64,000 nucleotides of DNA from Dicyema japonicum (GCA_011109175.1 RDEW01000019.1:370028-434027), one strand, 5' to 3'; positions 35,350 through 49,184 are shown, counted from the first letter of the stretch. Notes: generated from the letters alone by a model not told the origin. Made by a program: numbers and translations.

Positions 35350-38280
35350 AATAAGTTAACATTTAATAGTCAACAACCTTCCTCGCCTGTTTGTTCGCCA
35401 GCCTTTTCAGACAGGTTCGATTCTGGTTGCTGAAACAACTCCGAAAGCGTTTTGTCCAATTGAACCCTATGTTGTATCTCCGGGCTCTGCCTCCTATACT
35501 CCAGTGTCAGACTCTCAGGGTCCGCTTTAATACAGTGGACTGTAGATAGGCCTGGAGCTTCTATCTACCCCCAACTGCTTCAGATAACCCTTGTGGTACT
35601 TTGTTGCAATTCCTTCCCACGTCATTACTATAGGAATAACAAGGACCTTGCAACCAAGCATCTGCCCCATCTCGTTTGCTAGAAAGTCATACTTCCTTTT
35701 TTTCTCCACCTCCACAGTCTGCAAACGGTCTTGAGACATGATGCCAACCTCTATGATAAGGAGTTGGCCAGACTCCTTATCGCGTACCACAATGTCCGGT
35801 TTATTGCTTGACTAGCACCGAGGTACGGATAACACTGTCTACCTTAATTTGGACCCTGGTGTTCTCTACTACAGATTGCACCTTATGAGTCCGCAACTGT
35901 CTGATGTGGCGAATACCATACTTATTGCATAGAAGAAGATGAAGATTCCTTACTTCCTCGTTATGCCTCCACAAATAGTCGTGGCAAAGCATGGATCCAC
36001 AACGAGTGGCTAAATGATCAACCGACATGCTCCTTGACTTACAGTGGGGACATGTATTTGTTGATCGACCCCAAAAAATTTTGCGATCTTGATGCTCTGA
36101 AAAGGACCTTATGAAGACTTTTTAAGTTGATTTTTTCAATCAAATTATTATATTGTAATTCGATCAACGCCTTCACATTTACTAGCCATCATCAACACCA
36201 TACTTAGCAGACAAAAAAATCTGATTGTGCTTAAGTGGGTTACCCGTGTTTTTTCGGTCGTTATTATAGCGTGCTTCTTAGCAGACACACTTGACCCAGC
36301 TATCAGGGTGTCGTGCATTGCATTACGATACTCTCACTTAGTTGGACTACTCCACACAGTCCACGGCGAATTTTAATAGTCTCTCCTTATTGGCTGCCAG
36401 CACATGGACATGGTTCTCTCTGAGTACTCCACGGATCATAACATCCATTTCATCATTCCCTTTGGGCTCAAACTCCACAACACCTATGTAGTAGTTTAGC
36501 AGCAAGACATCATACTCATTTAATGCTAGGAACAAATTCCTTGCATTTAGAGACGTCTTACATAATAACGCTGCTCTTTTACAAATGCTTCAGTAATTTG
36601 TCGCTTTGTCTCAGGCATTATAAGGGACTTTGAAGTTTCGGTAACACCAAGATACTTATATCCTTCGTGTTCCTCTAGGACTCTTACTAATTCGCTACAT
36701 ACTTGCGTGTTAGTCGCAGACTTTGAATAATTCAAATCTAGTCCTATACTTTCAAAAAAATCCCTGGCACAGACCCCTATGGAGTAGAGCTTCGGCTGTT
36801 CGAGCATACATCTTCAGGTCATCGATAAAAAGAAGGTGATTTGTAAAACAAACCCCCTTAATGAACTGGTATTTGCTCAAACCGGTTATTGAGACATGCT
36901 ATCCCCCTGAAATCCCCCTCTTGAGTTTTACCTCGCATATCCGGTGCCGATTATAGTACAGATGAATACTCCACCTATTCATCACAGCCACTACAAAGCT
37001 GATGAACCACACAGGCATATACAAATTGTGTAAGCACTCGACAAGGTAAGAATGATCAACTGAATCGTAAGCCTTCTTCACATCCACCCACATAGACAAA
37101 AGTGAGTTTCCGTACAGACACTTGTTGATCAAAGCCTGCTCTTTTGCCCCCTGACAATTTCGCACAGTTCCCAACTGATTCTCGGAGAGAATCCCATTTG
37201 CTTCTACAAAGCTCCTGACCTCATTAGCCACCAATTTGGTCATCAGTTATACAGGGTTGGCATGCAGGTTATCGTCGTAATCTGCAGCAGACTGGGGGTT
37301 GTCCAGCTTTGGGATCAAATAAGTTGTCCCTGTGCATGCCCAATCAGGAATCGTTTCCGGGTTAGTGATGCTTTTCTGTAATCCACGACACATAGACTCG
37401 TGTAATGAAGTGCATCTTTTGATAAAGAAAATATAAACTTAATCGACCCCAGTCGTTTCCAATCAGAGAGATGTCTCACTACCGCCTCACATTTCTTGCG
37501 AAAATCGAAAATTCCGCAAGATTTCGCCAAGAAAGGAGCGGCGCTGTACGGGACATTCCACGCATTTCCTCTGCGTGGTTTAGCCTCCCACATTCTACCC
37601 CATGTAGAAATCATTTCCGCGTCCTGCTGGGAACATACACTATGGCCCTTTTCGTGTAGGCGATGTGGAAACAATCTGCGATTAAACTTAAACAGATTAT
37701 TTTCTCTCCTTCACTTACATCGACTTTGATGTGTATAGAGTTTCCTCTTATAGACCATTATTGCCCCCTCTAACTCCATCTTTTCCATCCTCAACTTTTT
37801 GAGGTCCCATTTGGGAGCACGGAGTTTACTAATTAGCCCCATTACTATAGGCGGTGCTATTTCTCCAAGCCCCTGTCGCCACACTACTTATGTGCCCCTT
37901 CAGTGATTCCAGCTCAATCTGTCTCCAAGCAATCTTGGCACAGGTCCCTCCAATTTATTGTGGTCTGGGCATGTCCGTCAATTCCTCATAGGTGATCTGT
38001 GCTGCATACAGCACTAGGGAGATGTCATCCAGTGTCCCTACTAGCTTAGCCTGCACCGCATAAGCCATAGTCTTATTGATACAGGTTAACACTTCTCCGT
38101 TAACCTTACAATAAAGGATCATGAGGGTAAATCTACGGTCTTCAAGTAGGACATCTGCCGCTGCAGCTAGATTCCACGCAAATATCTCATAAACATGCTT
38201 GAACTGCAACGTATCACAGCTCTGGTGCTCGTGCTCTTTGGCAGTTGTGGTCATCTGGTCCCGCCCCAATTTCTATGACT
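35350..38280 (-). mobile_element. R4/Dong-like RLE non-LTR retrotransposon, near full-length but decayed
   Basis: LYAAQITYEELT; LSENQLGTVRNCQGAKEQAL; WVDVKKAYDSVDH; NHLLFIDDLK; YKYLG; CPHC..SVDHLATRC (CCHC); NKPDIVVRD..IIEVG..EKKRKYDFL (RLE); IPIVMTWEG. Confidence 0.92.
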
Positions 38281-40839
38281 TTTTTGGAGGAGAAATTTTA
38301 TATTAATATAATAGTTAATAATAACTTTTATAAAATAATTTGAATTAAAAAAATTTAAATAATTCTGAATTAAAAATAGCTTGCCTTTGGATTAAAAAAA
38401 TGAGCATGCGACATATAGTAGAAGAGTTCGGATTACTTAATTGCTCACGTGACAGCCATGAGTATTTGATAGGACATCCTCAGCTCGTCTATTTTGATGG
38501 TGTCTCTACTATTTCATTTGGTGTGTGGATGTGATTGAAGCTAAAGTAGTTATATGTGTCGATGGAATAAGAATAATCATACCTTATATAAGGGATCCCC
38601 CTGGTGGATTTAAAATTGTACTAAGAACACTGAAAAACATGATAATTTCAGCAAAAAAGGAGAGAAATTTTTACATTGTTTATTTTTAATATTTTTTTCG
38701 AACTAACTTCATTGTGAACTCAATAATAAATATAAAAAATATCTAGACAAAAATTTAATGCAAAATATAATTAATCTAATTTCAGACTCCGAGTTGAAAA
38801 CGTATTCGATTTTTAATTGTTATGAAGATGGACTTGATTCGTTTGATCCATTGTGTGGTTTTTGGAAATTTTCCTTTATCAATAGACGTGATTTATTAAG
38901 AAAGATCACGCTTTTGCATTTAAGATCGAGATTAGTTACTACAAAATCGTAAAGAAGTCAGTGAACCAAATGATAATTACGACTTATCGTTGGAGACCAT
39001 GTGGGTTGCCAGTCAATGTCATTCTTGTTAGCACTGTCAGTATTATTAGATCTGATAAAGCTGTCTCAGTTTGGTGATGATGTGGGAATTTATCGAAGTG
39101 AAGAGAAATGCAGAAGTTACACTTTGCTCTTCCGAAAGAATATCCCCAAAAAATTAAGCACATTTTTTACTTTAAGTTGACATTACGCCGACAAATCATC
39201 ATGATCGTCTGGAAAAGCATTAATATTATTTTTGAGAGTCCAGTACTGAATAGAGATAACTTTTAAAGCTTTGTAAAAGTTATTAAGTTTATTTGAAATT
39301 TAAAAAATTATTTAGCTTACTAAACACCTCATACTATATGGACCTACCGCGTTCGAGAATATTCAAAACTTCCTCGATAAGTAACTGATTGTCACTAGAC
39401 TTTACCCTCAGTATTACGTATAATTATAATGACATTCATTTAAAATTTTTTGGTTTGGATTAACTTGTTTGACCACTTGTGGGTGGACACTATTATTTTA
39501 TATAAAGACCTTGAGACGATTAAAATAAGCTATTTAATATTGAATTTGTAAAGAGTGACTAAATTGTCAGATAACTGTACAAAATAACCAAAATAAATAC
39601 ATTAACCATTAAAGTTAGCTAAATAAACATTCACAAATACATGCGCAGTACAAATGGTGGAATGAATATAATCACTATTAAATGGCAACGAACCCTCTGC
39701 ATTATACAAAACAAACATTACATAATTATATAACAACTGATCTAAAAGCATTATGAAATAAATAAATTGTAAAATAGCCAAAAACATAGTCAAATCGATT
39801 GCAAAAAAACTAACCCATCAAATAAGAATTAAATCAAAAAAACAAAAAGTGGGAGAATCAACAAATATGCAAACTCGTAATCCACTTTAATACGAAATTG
39901 TCAGCCATTCCTGAATTTGCATTTCCCTCCTTTAAAGTAACACAATGAAAAACTACATCCTGGACAATTCAACACGGTCTGAGAGTGGCTAATATTGGGT
40001 TATTGTACATATCAACTAGAACGAACATCCATCATATATATGTTGAAGGATGGTACCAAACATTTCAGTTTGTTCTTTCTTTTTCTCAGTCTGAGGTACA
40101 ACAAATCAAGAGGCATCAAATCTATAATATTATCATATCACAAGACAACTTGAACATATGAAAACGTGATATATTTAATATTTTTTTATTTTTTAAAAAA
40201 TTTAATATTTAATTGTTGTGTGTGTGGATATTCATTACCTGTCTTAGGTTGTGACATGCTTCTCTTTAACAAATTCTATATCTAGTTTGATGTTTACCAC
40301 CCCGTTCTCTTTTGGAACAGAATCCTATGTGTAAAAAATCTCAGCTCGAACGAAGCCCGGAACGATTCAACTTTCCATTTGTTGCCTGCAGGAGACGAAA
40401 ATAACAGACAATGGAACATTTGAAATTTCTTCCTGAATATCTCCGTAGCAACCTGTCGCCGCTATGTACTTTTATTTGGACTCTGTGACAACTCTGGAAT
40501 TACTATCATCGATGACAATACCAAAGCAGAGGCTATATCTTTCTATATTATTCTGTAAATTACTGAACTAGGTAGCACGGAGATGATATGGAGTAGATTA
40601 CTAAACGTGACAAAATGTAAATTTAATTAATTATGAATTTAGACGTTCACACAAATTACATCTTTGACCAGTTTTCCACCCTTTCGAAAAGGATTCATAA
40701 AAATTCAACGAAAGCATCAAGTTATCGAGATAAAGGATTCTCCCTGCAGTATGGTCCCTGGTAATTTTAATTGTCAGTAGCGAAATCATACATTCGTTAA
40801 ATAAAATTAATTATTATATAGAACGACTTAAAAGGACAG

Positions 40840-41350
40840 GTATTTTCATCATTCAAGATACGATTTGTGACGCATTCAAGTTATTAACACATGTCCGAGT
40901 TAGTCCCCGAGTAGTAGACCAGTATGGGTAGTTCAAAGCATTGCATAATCGTACTTATACTTTTCTTGTAACATGTACGTATTTCAGCCATGTCGACTTC
41001 TGTCTATTCAGTACTATTGTTGACAATATTTTCATATCTTCAAGGTCGCAAGAAATGAACGACTTTTGCTCTTTTCTAATCTCATTGGTAAGTAAGCTTT
41101 CTGTAACATTGTAATAAGTTTGGTTTTTTGTTCGTTGTTTTTCAGGAAATCACTCTCGAAACATTTCCATGAGAATGAATAAGACCAGTTCTGGATATCA
41201 TTGATCTCCTCAAAAGCAAAATCCAGGTCATCCGCATATATTAATTCCTAGTAGGACAATATCTAGCTCTCAGGCCCACGAAGAGCAGCTTCCTGATTAA
41301 CAAGAGGATTTGTTATAGTGAGTCACCTTATGAAGTGCCAATTACATATT
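40840..41350 (-). mobile_element. RTE-like LINE fragment
   Basis: YADDLDF-type piece at 41217-41250 and LPILVYYSGT-type C-terminal motif near 40920. Confidence 0.5.
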
Positions 41351-41589
41351 AATTTGCAGAGGCTCTGAGTCAACCCGGACTTTTAATTATGTGTTCGAAA
41401 GTAGAACCAATATCATCCTTCAACTGTCCTCGTCTAGCAAAGTTTTAGCCCCTCTTCAGAATTTACTTAAAATTTGATTTTTTGCTCATTTGAATTGTAA
41501 TTAAACATTATTCATAAGGTATTAAACATTTGACAAAATTGTTAACATTTGACAAGTTATTCAACATTATGGCGAGGTTATTAGACAAT

Positions 41590-42750
41590 TTGACAAATTT
41601 ATTTAATTAAAATTATTTCCAAAGACCAAGGTTAACCAAACTAAACTAACTTCTCGATCCTGACTCATCTAACATTCAAAACTTGTCACCAGGTAACGAC
41701 GTTTTCCCGGAAAAGAAATTTAGGATCCGCTTGATGCCGGCCTAACATTGGGCGCCTCCTCAGTAAGATGGATTCAGTGACGCCATTAGAAAGAAGGAAA
41801 AATAAAAATTTTAATAACGTTTTCAGCAAGGATGGTTAGTGGTGTCAACGACAGCGGAATTCACTGAATAGGATATCCACATAGTTGGGAAAAGAGTTTG
41901 GGAACTTTAACGGGTTGATTTGTACATATATCCAGAATGTACAAGTCAGGAATTCCCCATCCTACGCGAATCTGGACAAAAGAGCACTTTAGTGAGATGT
42001 CCTTTATTGGAGAGGACGACTGGCCTGTCCATTTGTTGAAGCAGATCCAACTTAGTGGTCATTGGCACAAAGAATCCAACCAATGAAGCAGATCCAACTT
42101 AGTGGTCATTGGCACATTATGTTTTCATGATGAAGTTATACAACTGTGTCATTTGGTCCACGTGGAATTGAGCGAATTCAACATAATGTGAGGATCGTAA
42201 TAACTCTTAGGATGATGAGACCGAATGCATGTGACTGATGTGACCCAGGATGTCTAATATGACCATCTAAGTTCCCTGAATTTTCTCAGAATGGATTGTA
42301 AGTTTATATCAGGTACCCCATGTCGTGATCTTAGCCATCTCTAAGGGGAATATTGTGTCCGTTAGTGTTGGGAAGTTGTTCGACTATGGTAGATCCTACA
42401 GTTGAAGATGATTATGAACTTTAAAGACCTCCCAAATTATTACTTGGATGAATTGTTTATGAATAATTCTTCGAACTCTGGGTGATCTAAAGGATGCTAA
42501 GATGGACTTCGAGTTGGTTCAGATTGTAGATATGGATGCAGTATTGAGTTTTCTGATTTTAGATTAACTACGTGACGGTTGTTGGCCCTAACACTTCTGC
42601 TCCTGGGGTAAATGTGAGTGATTCGCTGTTAAGAGTTTGAGAATGCGAGTGTGAATGACGTAAATGTCGTTAGAAAAAGGATATGTCCCAAAATAGTAGA
42701 AAGGTACTGTTTATTGTTATTGTAGGTGAAGGAACTGGAACCGTATTAGA
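41590..42750 (-). mobile_element. Decayed LINE 3' region (I-like; RNase H uncertain)
   Basis: Ends in the conserved 3' motif also at 17590; TNSKSILASF resembles RNase H DSxS; FVQIRVGWG resembles the pre-knuckle QLRxG motif. Confidence 0.4.
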
Positions 42751-42949
42751 AGAAGGAATGATTTATGTTGATTTTTATCAATGATGTGGTTGTTTTACTA
42801 GTAATTATTATTTGCAAAAAATTTAAAAATCTTTGATTCAAGTTGCCATTAATAATTATAATTACTCTCTAAAAAAGCATACTGATTAAGTAAGCTTTAT
42901 TGATAAAAGACATTTAAAACGAGATGGGTGGAATGGTATGGATTTCTCA

Positions 42950-44106
42950 CTGGTAACCCACTTCAATACCAAATCTCAGTAAGCTGGGCAGTACGTAAGG
43001 TGTCATTGTATAATCTACGGTCACCTAGTTCTCCCATATAAATCCATATAATTTTTAGAGACTAGAGTGGATTCTCTTGTAATCAGAAAAAAAATACCTT
43101 AATAACACAATACTCAGTTAACGCAAGTATCCCTATAGTAACAAGACCGAAAGTGCATCAAGAGGGTACAAATTTCCCGTAGTAGGAAGCTTTGTTTCAT
43201 TAATGTCTTGTTTTGTACAAGGAGTTTTGATTGCGTTAATAGAAGCCCAGTAGTGAATCGTTATAGGGTGTGACTAACTGGATAATGTCTGGAATGGTTA
43301 GAAGAATGCGAACTCACTCTAAGTATGATTCTTTTTTTGTGTGAAAAGCAAAAATCAGTGAGACGAATAGTTCGATATATAACTCCTAACCTATCGAGAT
43401 TTTGTTGGACTTAAAAATCTAGTTCTATGAGGTGGTTTGAAGTCAAACATCCTCTCTGGTTCTTTCACAAATATCTGAGGTCGTTGGAAGTACATCTTGC
43501 TTTCATTTAATGACATGATCATTAGTAACTACCCACAAACTCATACAAGTCACTTATATGAATTAAAGACATTCCCACATTCCCGTATTTATCCTTATAC
43601 ATTTCAATAACTTGCAAATTATTTTTCATGAATGTTCGATATGGTTTCAAAAGCCATCTTAACCTTATTGTGTTCAGACTCCAAAGACCTCTTTGTCTTT
43701 GCAGAATTCTCAAGTTTTTCAACAGACACGCGGCAATGATATTTTCGTAAGTGATTTCTAGAGGTGATAGGATCTTCATACCTTTATCGCACAAATCAAT
43801 TTTAACCAGAGTTTGCCTACACATGCTTTTGTGGTCATCAAAACACGAGATGCCTTGAAAATCTACTATATCCAATCTGAAGAATCTGTATTTTCTAAAG
43901 TTCATTCAATTCAAAAGTATCGAACAAATTTGAGTTAAGACAAAAGTGGAACAGACTCGTTTGACGTATATTCCATCAACATTATCGTGGCATTTTTTAG
44001 TAAACATTAAAAGTCTTAATAACGAGGATGAGCATTGGCTTGCCCATTCCTCACAGTAAACATGCAAACATGTGAACAAGAAAATATAAAATAATGTCTC
44101 GATCAA
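42950..44106 (-). pseudogene. Possible LRR-containing GPCR (LGR-like) remnant
   Basis: Signal-peptide-like MIETLFYIFLFTCLHVYC, Cys-rich cap, LRR-like LLKNLRIL / NNLQVI, intron-like 24-mers; downstream GLVTIGILALTEYCVIK (TM3-like) and FIW...LPSLLRFG (TM4-like). Confidence 0.35.
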
Positions 44107-44910
44107 GATTATAGGTTTACGAACGAAAAGATTTATCCAGAACTCATATCGCTGTTTCTAAAATTGAACATGAACGACTATCACTGGTACAACTACACGA
44201 ACTAAACTCAAATGGAAGAATCTCAGCTATCTCAGGTCACTCAAAAGTTGTGTTAAGACCAATCCATTTAAGAGGAAGACTATAAGTTGATCATCATCGA
44301 CGACCATAGACTGCTTGTTGTCCTTAAAATCCAGTTTTAACGGAGCCTTGCATAATTATTGTAGCCAAAGTTATACTAGCGTAATTTTTAATCATCTGAA
44401 TCTTTCTTCTTTGTCAAGAATCCGAGGAGGAAGCCAAGGATGAGTTTGAAAACATATAATGGTTCATTCGCAGGGACACTTCATCACTGTCTTCTTTATC
44501 ATTAAACACCAAAACCTTTTTTACACCAAGATCACCGGATTAGAAAAAGTTAAAAGTTAACTACTAACTAAGTGATCCAGGTTTTCCGGGTTCTGGCTTT
44601 CTTTCATGTTCCTGGAAGATCCAACAGAATTGGTGAAAACGGGAATGGTCTCATTCTCCATATATTCCTCGCATTTCTAGATAGTCATATATATAGAGTA
44701 AAAGCGTTTTCATTGCCCACTGTAGAAATGACTTCACTCTCACCTTAAATGTTCTCTAACATTCAATACGTTATTCACAGTTTTCTTATTAAATATTTTC
44801 AAGGCAGCAGACACCAAGGCCTTCTGTCATAGGATTCCTTTGAAGACTTCAAAAAAAAGAGATCATTGACGGAGACGATAAACTGACCCATTCGCATTGA
44901 TTCATTAGTT

Positions 44911-46102
44911 TCATAATTTTAGTTCCTTGTCGTTTGTGGCTTTTTTGGGCAGAGGTATAATATTGCTGTCATCACCATCACTTACAGGAAAATAAATTCC
45001 GTTTTTTCTTCTCCATAGAGACAACAGACGCCAAAGGTATCTCAGTGGTCCTTCTGGGGTCAGAGATATTACCATCTCATTGGAAAAGATGTCGTCGTTT
45101 TCAGATTTGTCAAAGATATTCTCAAAATTGTCTGGTTTTTTTCTAAAATCAGGAAGCAAGTTAAACTTTTCAAGGATGTCTTCCTTGTCGGAATCATCTT
45201 CAAAGAGGTCATCGGAAATTTTGTCATTGAATCTCGATTTCATGAAGGTTATCGTGATAAATCAAAATTACCTTGATCTGTGAGGCATTAGAGGCATTTT
45301 TCCGCTAATCTGTGAGGCATTCCGTTTTCAAAACATAGACTATAAACGGAAACCTGTCCTGGACTCGTCGATTTAGTCCTCAATCAGTCTATCCAGGGAT
45401 AGAGAATAGGATAAAGCCACATGTCAACCAGAGATCTTGATGCGTTGAAGTTAACCTCATTTTTATCAGCTAAATGACAAAAACTGATTCATATTGATCC
45501 AATTCCGTAGAATTGCCGTTGTAGTTGGAAACACCATAAAGTAGTCATTTCAAAGTCATCGGTCCCAATTAAGAACGGAAGAGGTCGAGTCGTGTATACA
45601 TCCAGATTACCATAGGTATTGGTGACGTCCATCTCATCATAAGAGTCCTCCAGGAAATCCTCCTTCATACAGACAGATTCAGGTCAAGTTTAACTTAGGA
45701 CTGGTCCACTGCATGCATTGCGAACTGCAAGAATAGCCGAGTCTGTCGGAACCGTCGATTTCCGTAGTTTCCTAGAACATAAGGAACGGAGGTCGGGTGG
45801 ATATTCGGCTTGAGAGACAGTGGAGTTCTCAATCTTCAACCCTCTGAAATAACAAGAACTGTGCGTTTTCGATGAAATTATAATCTGAGAGAATATCTAG
45901 CTGATTAACAGCGTTATATAGCTGCACGTCAACCATCTTTCGTTAATATTCATGTACTTGTGTCTGCTGATTGAGATGATTGACTTTATTTATGACATTA
46001 TCACATTCTTAAACGACTCCATTTGATATGTCCTTGATGTAATTGAAAAGCTATGTTGTAATTAAAGCCATAAACCTTTAATTACACGTCGGCAAGAGTC
46101 AT
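44911..46102 (-). pseudogene. WASHC2: WASH complex subunit 2 (FAM21), damaged
   Basis: MTLADV*LK/LFNYIKDISNGVV*ECDNVINKVNHLNQQTQ/MVDVQLYNAVNQLDILSDYNFIEN/RVED; DVYTTRPLPFLIGTDDF; LF-acidic motifs DDLFEDDSDKEDIL and NIFDKSENDDIFS; introns 46051-46075, 45937-45957, 45844-45864 (GC-AG). The C-terminus may extend below 44911. Confidence 0.82.
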
Positions 46103-46289
46103 TTTAAAATTACTCAATAATTTGCCAGATTAAATTAAATTCGCAATTTTAATTTAAAAAAACAATGTTTCATTATTTAATCAATATTTTTAAATTATTA
46201 TTGTTTTGTATTTTTATCTCAATATCTTCAGCAAACACGTAAGCAACGTCATCCCATCTTCTCAAGAAGCAGTTCGACATCAGAAGCAG

Positions 46290-47015
46290 TCTCACACGCA
46301 CAGAAGAAAGTCGATTGTATCCACGATTGGTTGATAGCTATCGGCTCCAAAATCAACATGTACTCTATTCACCTCCGACCGGGGTACAAAGAAGAATTAG
46401 AAATCTTAATCGGACATACGATACCTGTCACAAGGGACCATTCAATCCTGGGGTTATATACAACAGCTTAATCACCTGCTATGCAACAAGTCTTCACCAA
46501 AGGATACAGAAATTGAATGTCACACGTACCCTCATCTAGAAGCCTCCAGCGAATATGAATAAAGCAATCGGAACCATATACCGCCAGACAATCGCGCCGA
46601 CTATAGAATATGGCTCTGCTGCGTGGAGATTTGCGTTATCAGAGGCCACTATCCGATAACTAAACTTACTGCAATGGAAAACAATACGTATGCTGGGACC
46701 CGAATGTGGAACAAAAATACCTCCCCTGTTGACAGAATCTACAACTCGTAGATGTGGTTCCGGATTTCTCCGCATTTGCGAGAAAGATGGACACCCACTA
46801 TGCCTCTCATGTTCCATGCAAAAGAAACTCGGTTGGCTAAGAAATTTCCTTCCCCAATCGGCTTCCTCTGCAAGGATCAAAGAAGTCCGTTCGACAGTGG
46901 GAACTTTGGAGACGCACAGGCTTCGGATGGCACGTTTGTTACGGGAACTGGGATCACCTAACTCGTTGACTTCACTTTTTTCTTTCTTTCTCGGTGATCC
47001 TGGGGTTAATAAATA
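46290..47015 (+). mobile_element. I/Jockey-like LINE 3' part
   Basis: YRQTIAPTIEYGSAAWRF; 3' end shared with 2713-2960 and 7140-7270; A/T-rich tail. Confidence 0.7.
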
Positions 47016-47689
47016 AATAATTGCATTTCTCAGAGAAAACTAAACTTTGTAAAAAGGCTACTGGGATAGTGCAAAGTTATTTCCATTCAACATTAAATCA
47101 TTTATACACCCAAAATATACTACCATTTATCGGCTACTGCTGTTCAGCATCGGGTTCACTACCCTATCCTATACAAATCTAAAGAAAATAAACTCCTACC
47201 AAGAGATAGCAACGAGAGTCTTACAAAGGTTCTTTTTGCCACTAAAGCCAAACACGTTCTAGGAACTCGTGAGAAGAACGGGTGTCCCGCTGATACCTCA
47301 AAATTTCCGAAAAGTGATTCATCCAGACATGAATTGTGTCGGTCTAGGGAGGAACACCAAGAAATGATGAGTCAGCTACTTAAGGAGGCAGGGGTCACCA
47401 GACGGCCCTCACTCTTTTTTACTTTGTCTGTGATTTTTGGTTTTAAATAAATAAAATATCTATCTGTCACTAAATTTCTGCAAGGATTTTTACTTCAAAT
47501 ATAAGACTAACTAACTGTTTACCTATCTAAATCTTAATGATGATTTAATTCATCCCCAAACTCTGTCAAGGTATTGACTATTACGTTCTATGTCCTCTTT
47601 TTATTAATATTAAAAGCACTATCACAGAACCATCGAACGTTATATTAACTAAGGTCACGTTTGTGCCACACGTTTCGAGATTTGCTTTA

Positions 47690-47910
47690 CTAGGCATCTT
47701 CATCGCCCTCTGTTTTGCGCATCTGTCCTTAGATCTTCTAGGTCTTCTGCACATTTAAGTATTCTTCCAATTCCATTAAGATCCTTGTTCAGAGCTACGG
47801 GTAGAGTGACTATGGGTCTTCTTCTAAAAGGTGGTTTGCTCTCATTGTTAAAGTAATTGTCCATAATTATATTCGTAGGGGAGTTTATGTCTATTCTACC
47901 CTTTCATAAC
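47690..47910 (-). mobile_element. RTE-like C-terminal tail
   Basis: RRPIVTLPVALNKDL...LKCAEDLEDLRTDAQNRGR*. Confidence 0.6.
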
Positions 47911-48179
47911 AATCAATTAATTCGTCAACAACGTCATCTCCTAACGAAAACTAAACTTTGTAAAAACACTATTGGACACTAGAAATGACTGTTTCAACTG
48001 AACAACGTTAAGTGAACTCTAATTCATACAATCGACAACAAGATGGACTTGCTTCATGGGAGACAAACCTGTCAATTAAGAATCTAGAGAAGATCAATGT
48101 CTTTCAAGCAAAAGTTACTAATACTCCACATAGGTTTACAACTCCTTTTGAAGCCCTTTGAAGAGAAATCTCGTAATAC

Positions 48180-48330
48180 TTCAAATATAGGCATTTTCCT
48201 CGTCGAAAATACATTTTTAGAGAGTTTCTTATGCTGAAATACGTCAAGTGGTCTAATGTTTCATGCTAGGTTAAATTGTTACAAATTTAATTTAATTTTT
48301 CTTGAGATAATCTCACTAGACGCATTTGTT
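48180..48330 (-). mobile_element. 5' start of Ginger/GIN-like integrase ORF
   Basis: MRLVRLSQEKLN; similar to 17380-17540 and 28130-28295. Confidence 0.55.
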
Positions 48331-48409
48331 AAATTTTTTTTTTTTAATAATAATTTTATTATAAGGAAAAAGGAAAAAGAATAGTTAATTTTAATTTTAA
48401 TTCAGCTGT

Positions 48410-49030
48410 TGGAGATGCACAAGCTATTCCCACGGACAACAGCCAAAGAGAGCCTCTCCTTGAGCCATCTCGTCTCACGAAGATCACCAGTTTTGTCAGT
48501 TAGTAGTTTTCCCAAATGGTTCAGGAACTTCAGCGTTTTAGGGCCAAAGTTCCCCGAAGTTTCAATCGCGACAGGTGCGAAAATGTACCTGTCGCTGATA
48601 TACGCGAATATTTAGCATTTTTTACTTCCTCTGCTTGAGAAGAAGGTCTACCCGGTGAATTATTTTTTTGCTTGGGGCGAAAGAGCAGACACAGGTCACA
48701 TCCCATACAAGGTTTCGCCCTCGCTCAAAAGAAAGGAGGTCATGTCGTCAGGGCGTCTTCCGTTGTCAAATAGACCAGTCGGTTCGATCGGCAACGGAAT
48801 CCAGCCGATTCTAATGCCCTCTTAATGATGCCGTTCATTGCCGAATGTTAGAAGATCTGCCAATTCCGCTCCGGCATGAGAGGAGGTGGAGACCAGTTCG
48901 TCCGATAGACAGCCACATTTGCACTTCGATTTGGTGCAAACAGGCAATCCGAGGTGTAGACATACAGCTGTACGAAGTGAGTCATCATCCAACAATCCAC
49001 CAACTTCTTGACATGGGTAAACCCCAAGCC
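48410..49030 (-). mobile_element. CRE-like 3' part with RLE
   Basis: GLLDDDSLRTAVCLHLG...CKCG; FAPVAIETSGNFGPKTLKFL..LG; WLKERLSLAVVRGNS. Confidence 0.82.
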
Positions 49031-49184
49031 AAGATCCATCAACCGCCTCCCTCTTTTGTTAAATTAATTTATTGATAAAAAAATTAAAATTTATGAATAT
49101 ATTTATGAATTATTAAAATTTAATTCTCCAATTCTTGACTATTACCCTATTGTTTATTCAGTGGATGTTATTTGAAGAGTCATT

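Noticed and set aside
42037-42116. 33-bp perfect direct repeat with a 14-bp spacer (CRISPR-like)
   Set aside because: Only two units, inside LINE-like debris, eukaryotic context and no cas genes; a local tandem duplication.
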